Shown here piece by piece: positions 21,334-32,099 of a stretch of 64,000 nt of DNA (the stretch's first letter is position 1; each line of letters begins with the position of its first letter). Under the pieces are notes generated by a model. It was not told the DNA's origin and did no database searches. It saw only the letters and a program-made list of their open reading frames with translations. Both the position numbers and the translations under genes were made by a program. Origin of the DNA: Acidobacteriota bacterium (GTDB lineage: Bacteria; Acidobacteriota; Terriglobia; Terriglobales; Acidobacteriaceae); NCBI GenBank assembly GCA_021804965.1, contig JAJZGG010000001.1, positions 43,883 through 107,882 of the forward strand, in the 5' to 3' direction.

Positions 21334-21645
21334 TCAGCCGCCAAGCTCGTCCAGCATCCCCTGCATCTCGCTCTTGGCATGGGCGTTGCCTGTGCGCGCG
21401 GCGCAGGCAATGCCGGCCTTCAGCCGCTCAATGGCTTCGGCATTCCGTCCGGCGCCGGACAAGGTCTGCGCGGACATGAAATAGCCTGCGGTATAGTCGG
21501 GATTCTGTTCCAGAAGCGTTGCAAATTCACCCAGTGCGGCTTCGATCTCGCCACGTCCGGCCAACTCCATTGCCAATCCATAACGCGCAAAGCTGTTCTT
21601 CGGATCCATGGTCAGGATCTCTTTCAATCCGGTCATCTTGTCCAT
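21334..21645 (-). CDS. tetratricopeptide repeat protein
   Basis: DPKNSFARYGLAMEL, NPDYTAGYFMSAQTL TPR-like helices. Confidence 0.8.
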   Translation of the reverse strand: MDKMTGLKEILTMDPKNSFARYGLAMELAGRGEIEAALGEFATLLEQNPDYTAGYFMSAQTLSGAGRNAEAIERLKAGIACAARTGNAHAKSEMQGMLDELGG

Positions 21646-21825
21646 GGGAGTATTTTTTCACGGCGGGCGGCATCCGGCCAGCCCCTGCCGTCTCTGATGC
21701 CGGTGTGCCGGATTTGCAGATTCCGTTTTGATTGCTGACACTAGAGTAAGGAAGCGGTATTCTGCATGGCCTGGGGCATTCAGCCCGCGGCGGTTTGCAG
21801 TCCAGCCCGGAGGAGACAAGCAGAC

Positions 21826-22395
21826 ATGGCAGAGACAGTTTTAACCAGCACACCCAGCCCGGCGGCAGCCGTGGACTCCCGAACTGTGAGCGAGTCCCAG
21901 TCGGAGATGACCGAGCTGGTGTTGCCGAATGACACCAATACGCTCGGGAACCTGCTCGGCGGGCGGCTGATGCATCTGATCGATCTGGTGGGTGCCATGG
22001 CTGCGCTGCGCCATACCCGCTCGCCTGTGGTCACCGCCTCCATGGACCACATCGATTTCATCCAGCCGGTCCATGTCGGCGATCTGCTGATCCTGAAGTC
22101 CAGCGTCAACCGGGCCTTCAGCCATTCGCTGGAGGTTGGGGTCAAGGTCTGGGCCGAGGATGCCCTGGCAGGCAAGCACCGTCATGTGGCCAGTGCCTAT
22201 CTTGTGTTTGTCGCCGTTGATCGCGGGGAGCATCCGGTCAAGGTTCCCCCTGTGCGTCCGGAGACGCCGGATGAAATTCGTCGCTTTGAAGGCGCCCTGC
22301 GCCGTCGGGAGATTCGTGCCGCCGAATCCGAGCGTCGCAAGCGTGCGCGGCAGGCTCCGGAGGGTCTGGGAAGCGTCCGGCCGGGTAAATCCTGA
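21826..22395 (+). CDS. acyl-CoA thioesterase (hotdog fold)
   Basis: VLPNDTN.LGNL.GG..M..ID, VVTASMD.IDF, SLEVGVKV; [10 protein letters not shown]. Confidence 0.9.
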   Translation: MAETVLTSTPSPAAAVDSRTVSESQSEMTELVLPNDTNTLGNLLGGRLMHLIDLVGAMAALRHTRSPVVTASMDHIDFIQPVHVGDLLILKSSVNRAFSHSLEVGVKVWAEDALAGKHRHVASAYLVFVAVDRGEHPVKVPPVRPETPDEIRRFEGALRRREIRAAESERRKRARQAPEGLGSVRPGKS

Positions 22396-22471
22396 AATCC
22401 AGCCGGACCCGTCCGGGATCCGAAACGATTTCCATAGCATCCATTCAGTCGATTTGGGAAGGAAGATCATC

Positions 22472-23305
22472 ATGGCTCATGCACACGGCATCCCCCAGGC
22501 GCCCATGCCACTGCCCGGGGTAAACAAGATCATTGCAGTCGGTTCCGGCAAGGGTGGGGTGGGAAAAACCACGGTTGCCGTCAATCTGGCCATCGCCCTG
22601 GCCCGGCTCGGAAACAAGGTTGGCCTCATCGATGCGGATATCTACGGACCCAATATTCCGTTGATGATGGGCTCCAGTGAGCAGCCCCGCGTGGATGCCA
22701 ACAACCTGATCCACCCCAACCTGACCCACGGCGTGAAGACCATTTCCATCGGCTACATCTCTCCCGGAGACAAGCCGCTTGTGATGCGTGGCCCCATGCT
22801 GCACCAGATCATCCGGCAGTTTCTGCAGCAGGTGGACTGGGGGGAGCTCGATTACCTGATCGTCGATCTGCCGCCGGGAACCGGCGATGTCGTCATTTCC
22901 CTGGTGCAGACGGTGCCGCTGACCGGAGCCGTCGTCGTCTCCACCCCCAGTGACGTTTCGCTGCAGGATGCGCGCAAGGCGCTGGAGATGTTCGCCCAGG
23001 TGAATGTCGAGGTGCTGGGGATTGTGGAGAACATGAGCCACTTCACCTGTCCGCATTGCAGCCAGATCATTGACATCTTTTCCAAGGGCGGTGCCGAGCG
23101 CACGGCCGCACAGTACGGGCTGGCCTTCCTGGGATCGTTGGAGCTGGTTCCGGCCATCCGCGAGGGCGGCGACCGTGGGCTGCCGGTGGCACTGGCCGGT
23201 CCTGACGATGCCGATGCTGCGCAGTTCTATGCCGTGGCTCGCAAGGTGGCAGACCGCGCCGAAGAGGTGGCTGCGCGCAGCGGCGACGTGATCGAAATCC
23301 AGTAG
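22472..23305 (+). CDS. mrp: Mrp/NBP35 (ApbC) Fe-S cluster carrier ATPase
   Basis: GSGKGGVGKTT, DADIYGP, RGPM, DLPPGTGD, ENMS.F.CPHC. Confidence 0.92.
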   Translation: MAHAHGIPQAPMPLPGVNKIIAVGSGKGGVGKTTVAVNLAIALARLGNKVGLIDADIYGPNIPLMMGSSEQPRVDANNLIHPNLTHGVKTISIGYISPGDKPLVMRGPMLHQIIRQFLQQVDWGELDYLIVDLPPGTGDVVISLVQTVPLTGAVVVSTPSDVSLQDARKALEMFAQVNVEVLGIVENMSHFTCPHCSQIIDIFSKGGAERTAAQYGLAFLGSLELVPAIREGGDRGLPVALAGPDDADAAQFYAVARKVADRAEEVAARSGDVIEIQ

Positions 23306-23333
23306 CACCAGAACGCTCCCATGGACTCGTTCG

Positions 23334-23362
23334 TTGACACCGGTTTTTGCGCTGCCTAGACT
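23334..23362 (+). promoter_or_regulatory. sigma70-type promoter upstream of hrcA
   Basis: TTGACA-17 nt-TAGACT. Confidence 0.7.
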
Positions 23363-23419
23363 GGGAGCAGGCAGCGCAAGAACCGCCATTGGGCCATGCA
23401 GCCGCCTGAGGATTTCCTG

Positions 23420-24496
23420 ATGCAGGAGTACCGGATCAGTCCGCGCGAACGACTGGTTCTCATGGCGATTCTGGAGATGTATATCGCCACCGGTGAGCCC
23501 GTCTCCTCGCAAGCCGTAGCCCGCTACTTTGAGCATCGGGACGGGCTGAGTCCTGCAACCATCCGCAACGTGATGGCCAGCCTGAGCGAAGCCGCCCTGC
23601 TGGATCAGCCGCACACCTCCGCCGGGCGCATCCCCACCGCGCGCGGCTTCCGCTACTACGTCGAACAGCTGCAGCACTCCAGTCGCACCGCAACGGATGT
23701 GGCGATGCTCGATGCCGGCCAGCGGGGACGCATTGCGCAAAGCTACAGCGGAGTCGCCTCGCCCACCCAGTTTCTGGAGCGCACCTCCCATGTGCTGGCC
23801 CAGATTTCCAACAGCGTCGGCATGGCGCTGGCCCGGCCCGGCGACGAGCCGGTGCTGGAGCATATCCACTTCTCCCGCCTGGCTGCCGGGCGCATTCTGG
23901 CCGTTCTTGTCACGCGCGAAGGCGCCGTTCAGGACCGACTGCTGACCACCACGCAGGAGTGGTCGGCGGCGGAGCTGGACGCGGCAGGGCAGTATCTGAA
24001 TGAGAACTTTCGCGGCTGGCGGCTGGACCGCATTCGCGGCGAGCTGGACGAACGGCTGGAGCAGGAGCGGATTGCCTACGATCGCAGCCTGCGGGCGCTG
24101 AATGAGCTCTACGGCCAGGGTGCCCTGAATGCCGATGCTGTCCTTCCGGCCGTCTACATTGACGGCATGGCCAACCTGCTGGCCGGTGGGATGGATCGCG
24201 AGCATCTGCGCGAGATGCTGGCCATTCTGGAAACCCGGCAGCGCGTGATTGAGCTGCTGGAGGCCTTTGTCCATGCCCGGCAGCGTGAGGTCCGGGTGGT
24301 CGTCGGTCTGGATGACGCAGTGCCGGCCATGCAGGATATGGTCCTGATCGGCGCTCCCATTCGCATTGGCAGCCGCGCCGCCGGCACCGTCGCGGTGCTG
24401 GCTCCCACGCGGATCCAGTATGAGGAGATGATGCGTACGATCGGCTATATTGCGCAGATCTCCGAGGGGATGCTGGACGGATCGGCAAACGGATAG
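23420..24496 (+). CDS. hrcA: heat-inducible transcription repressor HrcA
   Basis: YIATGEPVSS, SPATIRNVMA.L, QPHTSAGRIPT..G.RYYV, PTRIQY; start may be 23396. Confidence 0.93.
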   Translation: MQEYRISPRERLVLMAILEMYIATGEPVSSQAVARYFEHRDGLSPATIRNVMASLSEAALLDQPHTSAGRIPTARGFRYYVEQLQHSSRTATDVAMLDAGQRGRIAQSYSGVASPTQFLERTSHVLAQISNSVGMALARPGDEPVLEHIHFSRLAAGRILAVLVTREGAVQDRLLTTTQEWSAAELDAAGQYLNENFRGWRLDRIRGELDERLEQERIAYDRSLRALNELYGQGALNADAVLPAVYIDGMANLLAGGMDREHLREMLAILETRQRVIELLEAFVHARQREVRVVVGLDDAVPAMQDMVLIGAPIRIGSRAAGTVAVLAPTRIQYEEMMRTIGYIAQISEGMLDGSANG

Positions 24497-24623
24497 CGCT
24501 GCTGCAACCGGGCATCCTGCATTCATGGCTGCGTTTCGGGCGCAGATGGGAATTTGCGCAAAATTTGAGAGAATAGAGGCAGCAGGATGTTGTCGGCTGC
24601 CAACCCGATGTGGAGCAGAAAGT

Positions 24624-25160
24624 ATGGAGAGCATGACGGAACAGGAAAATGTGCAGGCAGCAGAGTTGACGGATGAGGCGGCGGCAAGCGGCCCCGATGC
24701 GGCCCAGCTGGAGCAGCTGCAGCAGGAGCGCGACCAGCTGCTGGATCGCCTGGCACGGCTGCAGGCGGAGTTTGACAATGCCCGCAAGCGCCAGGAGAGG
24801 GAAAAGGCGGAGTTTCGCGACTATGCCACGGGCATGGTCGTGGAGCAGTTCCTTCCCGTGCTGGACAATTTTTCCCTGGCGCTCAGCGCCAATGCTTCGG
24901 CCGAGCAGTTGCGGACCGGCGTGGAGCTGATCGTCAAGCAGATGGACGAGGTGTTGCGCAACCTTCAGGTGCAGGCCATTCCAGCCGTGGGTGAGGTCTT
25001 TGATCCGCGCCTGCATGAGGCGCTGGGCTCGGTGGAACGGCTCGATATGCCGGATCAGACCGTTGCCGAAGAGATTCGCCGCGGATATCGCATCCGGGAG
25101 CGGCTTCTGCGTCCGGCGTTGGTGCGCGTGGTCAGCAATCCGGCACAGAACGAAGCATAA
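24624..25160 (+). CDS. grpE: nucleotide exchange factor GrpE
   Basis: RLQAEFDNARKR, LPVLDNF, FDPRLHEA, GYRI.ERLLRPALV.V. Confidence 0.95.
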   Translation: MESMTEQENVQAAELTDEAAASGPDAAQLEQLQQERDQLLDRLARLQAEFDNARKRQEREKAEFRDYATGMVVEQFLPVLDNFSLALSANASAEQLRTGVELIVKQMDEVLRNLQVQAIPAVGEVFDPRLHEALGSVERLDMPDQTVAEEIRRGYRIRERLLRPALVRVVSNPAQNEA

Positions 25161-25318
25161 GGGCGCAGGATGGAGCGCCGCAGCGTTGGGCGACGTCAGC
25201 CGGTTCGCTGACAGGCAGAATCCAGCCCTGCGCTTTGCGCATCCTAAAGATTGGTTAGACAGCATACGATCGGCGCGATTTCTTCCCGTTTCGCCGTCCG
25301 ACGAACAGCAGAAAACAC

Positions 25319-26437
25319 GTGAGTACAGTGAGCAAAGCAGATTACTACGAGATCCTCGGGGTCTCCCGTGAGGCCAGTGATGCCGAGTTGAAGTCGGCCT
25401 ATCGCAAGCTGGCGATGAAGTACCATCCGGATCGCAACCCCGGCGACAAGCAGGCCGAGGAGCGCTTCAAGGAGGCCAGCGAGGCCTATGGAGTGCTGAG
25501 CGATGCGGAAAAACGTGCCGCCTACGATCGCTACGGACATGCCTCCACCAGCGCCGGTTTCGGCGGAGGCAGCCCATTTGGCGGAGCCGTCGATATTGGG
25601 GATATCTTCGGGGATATCTTCGGCGAGATGTTCGGCGGCGGCCAGCGGCGTGGCTCCCGCGTGCAGCGCGGCGATGACCTGCGGGTGGACCTGACCCTTG
25701 AATTTGAAGAGGCAATCTTTGGCAAGGAGACCGAAGTACAGGCGCGCCGCCGGGAAAACTGTGCCACATGCCGTGGCACCGGCACGGCCTCCGGACGCGG
25801 TCCCACCACCTGCTCCCAGTGTCAGGGCCAGGGACAGATTCGCTACCAGCAGGGCTTTTTCTCCGTGGCCCGCACCTGCGGCAGTTGCGGCGGCTCCGGC
25901 ACGGTGGTCACCGATCCCTGCAGCAGTTGTCGCGGCGAGACGCGCGTGATTCGTGAGTTTCAGATGAAGGTTCGTGTCCCGGCAGGAGTCGAGGACGGAA
26001 CCCGCATCCGATACGCCGGGGAAGGCAATGCCGGTCGCTTTGGCGGCCCGCGCGGAGATCTTTACATCGTGCTCACCGTCAAGCCGCACGATTTCTTTGA
26101 GCGGGATGGCAACGATCTGCATTGCGTTGTTCCCATCTCCTTTCCGCAGGCCGCGCTGGGTGCGGAGATTGAAATCCCCGGATTGGAAGGCCCGCTTACA
26201 GTGCGCATTCCCGAAGGAACCCAGAGTGGCCGTGAAATCCGCCTGCGCAACGAGGGTGTACCCCACCTGAATGAGCATGGGCGTGGCGACATTCTGGTGC
26301 AGGTCATCGTACAGACCCCGAAGAAGCTCACCCGGGCTCAGCGCGATCTGGTTCGCCAGCTCGGCGAGACCATGGATGTGGAGAATCGCCCCACGTCACG
26401 GAATATGATCAGCCGCATGAAGGATCTGTTCAGCTGA
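25319..26437 (+). CDS. dnaJ: chaperone DnaJ
   Basis: [11 protein letters not shown] motif, G/F region, four CxxCxGxG-type repeats. Confidence 0.96.
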   Translation: MSTVSKADYYEILGVSREASDAELKSAYRKLAMKYHPDRNPGDKQAEERFKEASEAYGVLSDAEKRAAYDRYGHASTSAGFGGGSPFGGAVDIGDIFGDIFGEMFGGGQRRGSRVQRGDDLRVDLTLEFEEAIFGKETEVQARRRENCATCRGTGTASGRGPTTCSQCQGQGQIRYQQGFFSVARTCGSCGGSGTVVTDPCSSCRGETRVIREFQMKVRVPAGVEDGTRIRYAGEGNAGRFGGPRGDLYIVLTVKPHDFFERDGNDLHCVVPISFPQAALGAEIEIPGLEGPLTVRIPEGTQSGREIRLRNEGVPHLNEHGRGDILVQVIVQTPKKLTRAQRDLVRQLGETMDVENRPTSRNMISRMKDLFS

Positions 26438-26529
26438 AGGTCTGCGGGCGGGGATGGCATTGGCTTGTCGGGGATGCAATCTCTCCGGGATCGGTGTTTG
26501 CTTTTTCATGCTTTCGGCTACCATGAAGC

Positions 26530-27555
26530 ATGACCATTGAGCCATCCGATTCCGGGCCCAGCCATCCGGCGCCCACTGACGCGGAGAATCCGCAGGAGCT
26601 TCTGGGGCGTACGCAGCCGGAAATGGCAGAGCTGCCCTTTGAAACCCGGATCATGCAGCAGGTCTTCTTCGGTCCCTCCGGTCTGCGATCCGGCTGGCGG
26701 GTGCTGCTGTTTCTTGCAGGTTTCCTGCTGTTTACAGCGCTGGCGGAGATCGTCCTTACCCTGCTGTTTGGACGGATCTCGTTTATCCCTTCCCACGCAC
26801 TTTCCGCCGGTGCGCTGCTGCGCAACGAACTGGCCACGCTGATCGGCATGTGCGGTGGCTATCTGGCCGTTCTGCTCTTCTGTCATCAGTCGCTGCGGGA
26901 GTATTTCTGGATCGATCGTCGCTGGCTGCCCCGTGCGCTGACCGGTGCCGTCGCCGGTTTCATTGCGCTCACGGCACTGCTGCTGAGCATGGAGGCGCTG
27001 CATCTGGCCAGCATTGTGCCGGTTGAGGCTCCTGTGCCGTGGCTGCTGCTCCAGGCACTGCTGTGGGCGGCCGGTTATCTGTGTGTGGCGCTCTTTGAGG
27101 AGGGTGTCTTTCGTTGTCTCCTGTTGCGCACATTCCTGCAGGCATTTGGGAAAAAGCCTGGCAATGCCCGCAGTTGGTGGCTGGCTGCCTTGCTCAGCTC
27201 GCTGATCTTCGGTGGCGTGCACTGGAGCAACCATGGGGAGAGTCTGGTCGGCATCAGCTCCGCGGCCGCCATTGGCTTCATCTTCTGCTGCAGCATTCGC
27301 TGGACCGGCTCGGTCTGGTGGGCGGTCGGCTTCCATGCATGCTGGGACTGGGCGCAATCGTTTTTCTATGGAACTCCGGACAGTGGTCTGCCGCCTGCCT
27401 CCCACTGGCTGACGACCACCATCACCGGACCCGCACGGTGGACGGGCGGTGCCACCGGTCCGGAGGGCAGTCTGCTGATTCTTCCGCTTCTGGTGCTGGT
27501 TCTCTTTGGAACCTACATTGCCTTTGCGCGACGCGGCAAATCGCAGCCAGCCTGA
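26530..27555 (+). CDS. CPBP (Abi/CAAX) family intramembrane glutamic endopeptidase
   Basis: Multiple TM helices; EEGVFR, FGGVH, HACWD motifs; GPEGS. Confidence 0.85.
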   Translation: MTIEPSDSGPSHPAPTDAENPQELLGRTQPEMAELPFETRIMQQVFFGPSGLRSGWRVLLFLAGFLLFTALAEIVLTLLFGRISFIPSHALSAGALLRNELATLIGMCGGYLAVLLFCHQSLREYFWIDRRWLPRALTGAVAGFIALTALLLSMEALHLASIVPVEAPVPWLLLQALLWAAGYLCVALFEEGVFRCLLLRTFLQAFGKKPGNARSWWLAALLSSLIFGGVHWSNHGESLVGISSAAAIGFIFCCSIRWTGSVWWAVGFHACWDWAQSFFYGTPDSGLPPASHWLTTTITGPARWTGGATGPEGSLLILPLLVLVLFGTYIAFARRGKSQPA

Positions 27556-27752
27556 TCGCAGCCGTCCCTGGCATGCTAAGGTGACAGGGAAAGATTGTCC
27601 CATTGCAGATGGTTTTGTCTGGCCTGGTTGTCAGCAAGTCAAGGAAATCCAAGCCGGCCATTCGCAGCCGGTGATCCCATCCATGCAGGGATTCATGCCT
27701 GTCTGGTCCATTGCCTGTCTGGTCCATTCCAGCCGCAGCCGAGGAGCATGCC

Positions 27753-30230
27753 ATGAGCCAAACCAGAAAGAACCGCCTGCGAACCGTTGGCCTGGGACTG
27801 CTGCTGGTGGTGCTGGTTTCGGCCGCCGGTTACGGGCTTTTGCTGGTCTGGATGCATCGGGTGATGGAATCCACGCTTCCAATCCAGGATGGATCGCTGA
27901 CCGTCTCCGGGCTTGCCGCTCCCGTGATTGTGCGTCGGGATGAGCATGGCGTGCCGCATCTGGAGGCGGCATCGCTGGACGATCTTCTGCTCGCTCAGGG
28001 CTATGTCACGGCGCAGGAGCGCCTCTGGCAGATGGATATGCTGCGACGCAATGCTGCCGGGGAGCTGGCAGCCATTCTGGGGCCTGTCGCGCTGGAGCAT
28101 GACCGCATGCAGCGCGTCCTGCAGATGCGCAATGTGGCGGATCGCATTTATCGCAATCTCTCGGCCAATCAGCAGAAGCGCTATCAGCAGTATGCGCGGG
28201 GCGTGAATCTGTATCTTGCCCGGAATGCGGACCGGCTGCCCATCGAGTTTCGGCTGCTGCACTATCGACCGCGTCCCTGGCGCGCCGAGGATTGCGTTCT
28301 GGTGGGCGTGAACATGGTGCAGATGCTGGACAGCCACTGGGACGTGAAGCTGGCGCGGGCGCGGATTGCTGCCGATCTGAAGGATCCACGCCTCGAGGCG
28401 GACCTCTATCCGGTGGGCTCCTGGCGGGACCAGCCGCCTACGCGCAAGGCTGCGCTGATGAATGCGCCGGTGCCGGTGCCGCCGATCCTCGATGACTCGA
28501 TGAACCAAAGCCGCAATACAGCAGCCACCCAGACGACCACGCAGCTGGCGGCGCAGCTGCCCACGGAGGATTTGCTGCGTCTGGAGCAACAGATGCATCC
28601 TGCCCGGTGTCCGGATTGTCAGTCGGGATCGAATAACTGGGTGATCTCCGGCAAGCGGACCGCAAGCGGAAAGCCGCTGCTGTCCAATGACATGCATCTG
28701 GATCTGACGGTGCCGAACATCTGGATGACGGCGGAGTTGAAGGCTCCCGGATTGCATGTGGCCGGCGTCACGCTGCCCGGGGTTCCGCTGGTGATTGCCG
28801 GGCACAACGATCACATTGCCTGGGGCTTTACTGCGCTCTATGCCGATGTGCAGGATCTCTACATCGAGCAGCTGGACGGCAAGGGCAACTATCGCGCCTC
28901 CGACGGAAGCTGGCAGCCGCTGGCTCACGTGCAGGAGACGATTCCGGTGCGCTTTGGCCGCGCCGTGCATCAGGATGTGGCTCTGACCGTACACGGGCCG
29001 CTGCTGAATCCGGTGGTTCGTACCCATCGGCAGGCCATTGCCCTGCGCTGGACGCTCTATGATCCGGCCCTGGCAGCTATTCCCATCTATTCGATCGACA
29101 CGGCGGAGAACTGGCAGCAGTTTTCGATGGCGCTGGAGGCCTGGTGCTGGCCCACGCAGAATGTGGTCTATGCCGACGATGCCGGGCATATTGCCTATCA
29201 CGCCATTGGCAAGGTTCCGCTGCGTCCCAACGGGCTGCAAGGGTTGCCCATAGCCGACGGTGACCATGAGTGGCATGGCTACATTCCCTTTGACGAGATG
29301 CCGAATGCCTTCGATCCGCCCTCCGGCCTGCTGGCCACTGCCAATGCCCGCGTCACGCCGGATGATACGCAGTATCCGCTGACGCTGGAGTGGGCGGATC
29401 CGTACCGGATTGAGCGGATTTACCAGGATCTGGACGGGCGCACCGGATTGACCCGGCAGCAGATGCTGGCCGTGCAGACGGATATCTACAGCGGCGTGGA
29501 TCTGGAGCTTGCCCATCGCTTTGCCGATGCCATTGACCACACCGAGCCCGTGGATGGACGACTGCGGCAGGCGGCCCTGCTGCTGCGCAACTGGGACGGG
29601 CGGATGACGACCGATTCCCCGGCGGCATCGATTGTGGCCTGGGCACGGAAGGCATTCTGGCCGCTGATCCTGAAGCCGCGGCTGGGCCGGGATATGGCGC
29701 TCTATCGCTGGTCGGAGTCCAACTTTGCCGAGGAGGAGATCCTCATGCACGGCGGAGACACGGCGCGCAGTCCGTGGCTTCCCGCGCGCTATCGCGACTG
29801 GAATGCGCTGCTGACCGATGCCGTACGTCAGGGCATGGAGCAGGGACGGGCAACCGGCGACCTGAATGCCTGGCGCTACGGTCGCTGGCATGTTGTGGAT
29901 CTGGAGCATCCACTGCTGGGTCCTCTGCTGGGATGGTTGCCGCAGGTGAGTGCCTGGGCTGGAACCGGACCGTGGCCGCAGAGCGGGGATACGACGACCA
30001 TCAAGCAGGTGGGCCGCGCCTTTGGCCCCAGCCAGCGATTTACCATGGACTGGAGCGATCCCGATGCTTCCACGGAGAATATCGTGCTCGGAGAAAGCTC
30101 GAATCCGCTGAGCCCCTGGTTTCGCGATCAGTGGCTGAGCTGGTACGGCGGCACGACCTTCGCGCTGCCTTTTTCCCACAGCGCCGTGCAGGCACACACC
30201 ACGCACACGCTGCATCTGCTGCCGGAGTGA
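27753..30230 (+). CDS. penicillin acylase family protein (Ntn hydrolase)
   Basis: RDEHGVPH, AQGYVTAQERLWQMD, GSNNW (catalytic Ser), LSNDMHL, GHNDHIAWGFT; N-terminal membrane anchor. Confidence 0.92.
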   Translation: MSQTRKNRLRTVGLGLLLVVLVSAAGYGLLLVWMHRVMESTLPIQDGSLTVSGLAAPVIVRRDEHGVPHLEAASLDDLLLAQGYVTAQERLWQMDMLRRNAAGELAAILGPVALEHDRMQRVLQMRNVADRIYRNLSANQQKRYQQYARGVNLYLARNADRLPIEFRLLHYRPRPWRAEDCVLVGVNMVQMLDSHWDVKLARARIAADLKDPRLEADLYPVGSWRDQPPTRKAALMNAPVPVPPILDDSMNQSRNTAATQTTTQLAAQLPTEDLLRLEQQMHPARCPDCQSGSNNWVISGKRTASGKPLLSNDMHLDLTVPNIWMTAELKAPGLHVAGVTLPGVPLVIAGHNDHIAWGFTALYADVQDLYIEQLDGKGNYRASDGSWQPLAHVQETIPVRFGRAVHQDVALTVHGPLLNPVVRTHRQAIALRWTLYDPALAAIPIYSIDTAENWQQFSMALEAWCWPTQNVVYADDAGHIAYHAIGKVPLRPNGLQGLPIADGDHEWHGYIPFDEMPNAFDPPSGLLATANARVTPDDTQYPLTLEWADPYRIERIYQDLDGRTGLTRQQMLAVQTDIYSGVDLELAHRFADAIDHTEPVDGRLRQAALLLRNWDGRMTTDSPAASIVAWARKAFWPLILKPRLGRDMALYRWSESNFAEEEILMHGGDTARSPWLPARYRDWNALLTDAVRQGMEQGRATGDLNAWRYGRWHVVDLEHPLLGPLLGWLPQVSAWAGTGPWPQSGDTTTIKQVGRAFGPSQRFTMDWSDPDASTENIVLGESSNPLSPWFRDQWLSWYGGTTFALPFSHSAVQAHTTHTLHLLPE

Positions 30231-30234
30231 TGGG

Positions 30235-32094
30235 TTGGTCCCAAGAGCAAGCTCGCCCTCCCGATGGAAGACAGTCTCCCATCAGGCACACATCCTGAGG
30301 CATCATCTATGGTCCGCGCGCTGGATGGGGCTGACGGCCCTCGTTCTGACAGCCGCCGGCATGCATGCCGCCGTCAGTTGTGGTCACGATTACGACTTTC
30401 ATCTGGTTTCCTGGCTGAATGTGGTCCGCGCCTGGCATCAGGGAGTGTTGCTGCCGGAGTGGGCGCAGACGCCTGCCTGGCAGGCCGGGGAGCCGCGATT
30501 TGTCTTTTATCCCCCGCTCAGCTGGCTGCTTGGAGCGGCCTTGGGCGCTGTCTTTGGCGCAGGTGCTCAGGGATGGACCGCTCAGGGATGGACCCTGGCC
30601 ACGTGGGGCTTTGTCTGGCTGTCGCTGGTGGCCACGGGAATGGCCACGCGGCGGCTGGCGCGCGAGTGGCTGACGGATGATCTGGCATCCGTGGCGGGAA
30701 TCCTGGCCATCCTTGCGCCCTATGCCCTGTTTACGGCCTTTGAGCGCAGCGCACTGGCAGAGCTTGCAGCGACGCCCTGCTTTCCGCTGGCCATCCTATA
30801 CAGCGTCAAGTCCTGTGCCGGTAGCGGGTCGCAGCCGCGTGCAGATCAGGCGGGGCAGGGAACTGCCGGCATCTGGAGCCCGGCAACGCGTCGGCTTGCG
30901 GTGGTGATTGCCGCCTGCTGGCTCCTCAATGCTCCATCCGGCGTGATGCTGTGTTACATGCTGGCCGGGGTTGCGCTGGTTGTCGCTGCCGCAGAGCGGG
31001 CTGTCTGGCCCGTGGGTCGCGCCCTGCTCGGCGTTCTGCTGGGGTTGGGACTGGCTGCGTTTTATCTGGTTCCCGCAGCGCTGGAGCAGCGCTGGGTGCA
31101 GATTGATGCCGCCAATGCCGTGGGCATGCGCATCGAGGACAGCTGGCTGTTTGCCCGTCATGCGGCTCAGGAGATGGCGTTTCATGATGCCGTCCTGCAT
31201 CGCGCCTCGGTAATCTTTCTGCTCACGGTCCTGGTGGCATCGCTGGCCTGCTGGCTGGCCTATCGCTCCGGAGCCTTGCATCGCCGGGATCGGCGCTTCT
31301 GGCTGCCGTTGCTTCTGTTGCTTCCGGCAGCGCTCGGGATGCAGCTTCCGCCCTCCCGGTTTCTGTGGCATCTACTTCCCAAGATGCAGTTTCTGCAGTT
31401 TCCCTGGCGGCTGACGATTGTGCTCACGGCTCCGCTGGCCATCTTTCTGGCGTTGGCGCTGAAGCCCTGCAGCCGCAGGCAGCGGGGATGCGTTCTGTGT
31501 GCTGGCGTGCTGCTGGCCGCCGGTGCCAGCTTCCTGCTGCTGCATCAGCCCTGCGACAGTGAGGATAATGTGGCAGCGCAGCTGGTCGTGGACCAGCAGC
31601 AGGGTGCGCCGCCCACCGATGAGTACACGCCGACGGCAGCCGACAATGCGGAGCTGGCTGTGGGGTTGCCTGCGGGCTGCCTGCTTGCCGACCCTCTTCA
31701 GCCGCTCGGCACACTCGATGACGAGGGCCAGCGGCAATGGAGTGAGGCGGGGAATCCCTGCCTGGCATCCGCTCGTGTGCTTGGCTGGAATGGTGCGCAC
31801 ATGACTCTGGACATGCAGGCTCCCAGGGCTGGATATCTGGTCGTGCGGCTGCGCCGGTTTCCAGCCTGGCATCTGTCGGTCAACGGTCTTCCGGCAGTGG
31901 AGGCGGCCCAGCGCGACGACGGGCTGATCGTGCTGGCTGTTGCGCAGGGAGCCAATCGCATCGATCTGCAATGGACACGGACGCCGGAGCGGATCTGGGG
32001 CAGCCGCATCAGCCTGCTTGCCTTGCTGATCCTGCTGGCCGGAGCGTGGATCGACCGCCGGAGCATCGCAGAGCCCATGCATGCCTTACACTAA
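30235..32094 (+). CDS. polytopic membrane protein, PTPS-related / GT-C-like family
   Basis: GHD..FH..SW, GEPRFVFYPPLS, R.ALAE, LQFPWR; many TM helices; start uncertain. Confidence 0.7.
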   Translation: MVPRASSPSRWKTVSHQAHILRHHLWSARWMGLTALVLTAAGMHAAVSCGHDYDFHLVSWLNVVRAWHQGVLLPEWAQTPAWQAGEPRFVFYPPLSWLLGAALGAVFGAGAQGWTAQGWTLATWGFVWLSLVATGMATRRLAREWLTDDLASVAGILAILAPYALFTAFERSALAELAATPCFPLAILYSVKSCAGSGSQPRADQAGQGTAGIWSPATRRLAVVIAACWLLNAPSGVMLCYMLAGVALVVAAAERAVWPVGRALLGVLLGLGLAAFYLVPAALEQRWVQIDAANAVGMRIEDSWLFARHAAQEMAFHDAVLHRASVIFLLTVLVASLACWLAYRSGALHRRDRRFWLPLLLLLPAALGMQLPPSRFLWHLLPKMQFLQFPWRLTIVLTAPLAIFLALALKPCSRRQRGCVLCAGVLLAAGASFLLLHQPCDSEDNVAAQLVVDQQQGAPPTDEYTPTAADNAELAVGLPAGCLLADPLQPLGTLDDEGQRQWSEAGNPCLASARVLGWNGAHMTLDMQAPRAGYLVVRLRRFPAWHLSVNGLPAVEAAQRDDGLIVLAVAQGANRIDLQWTRTPERIWGSRISLLALLILLAGAWIDRRSIAEPMHALH

Positions 32095-32099
32095 GGGGG

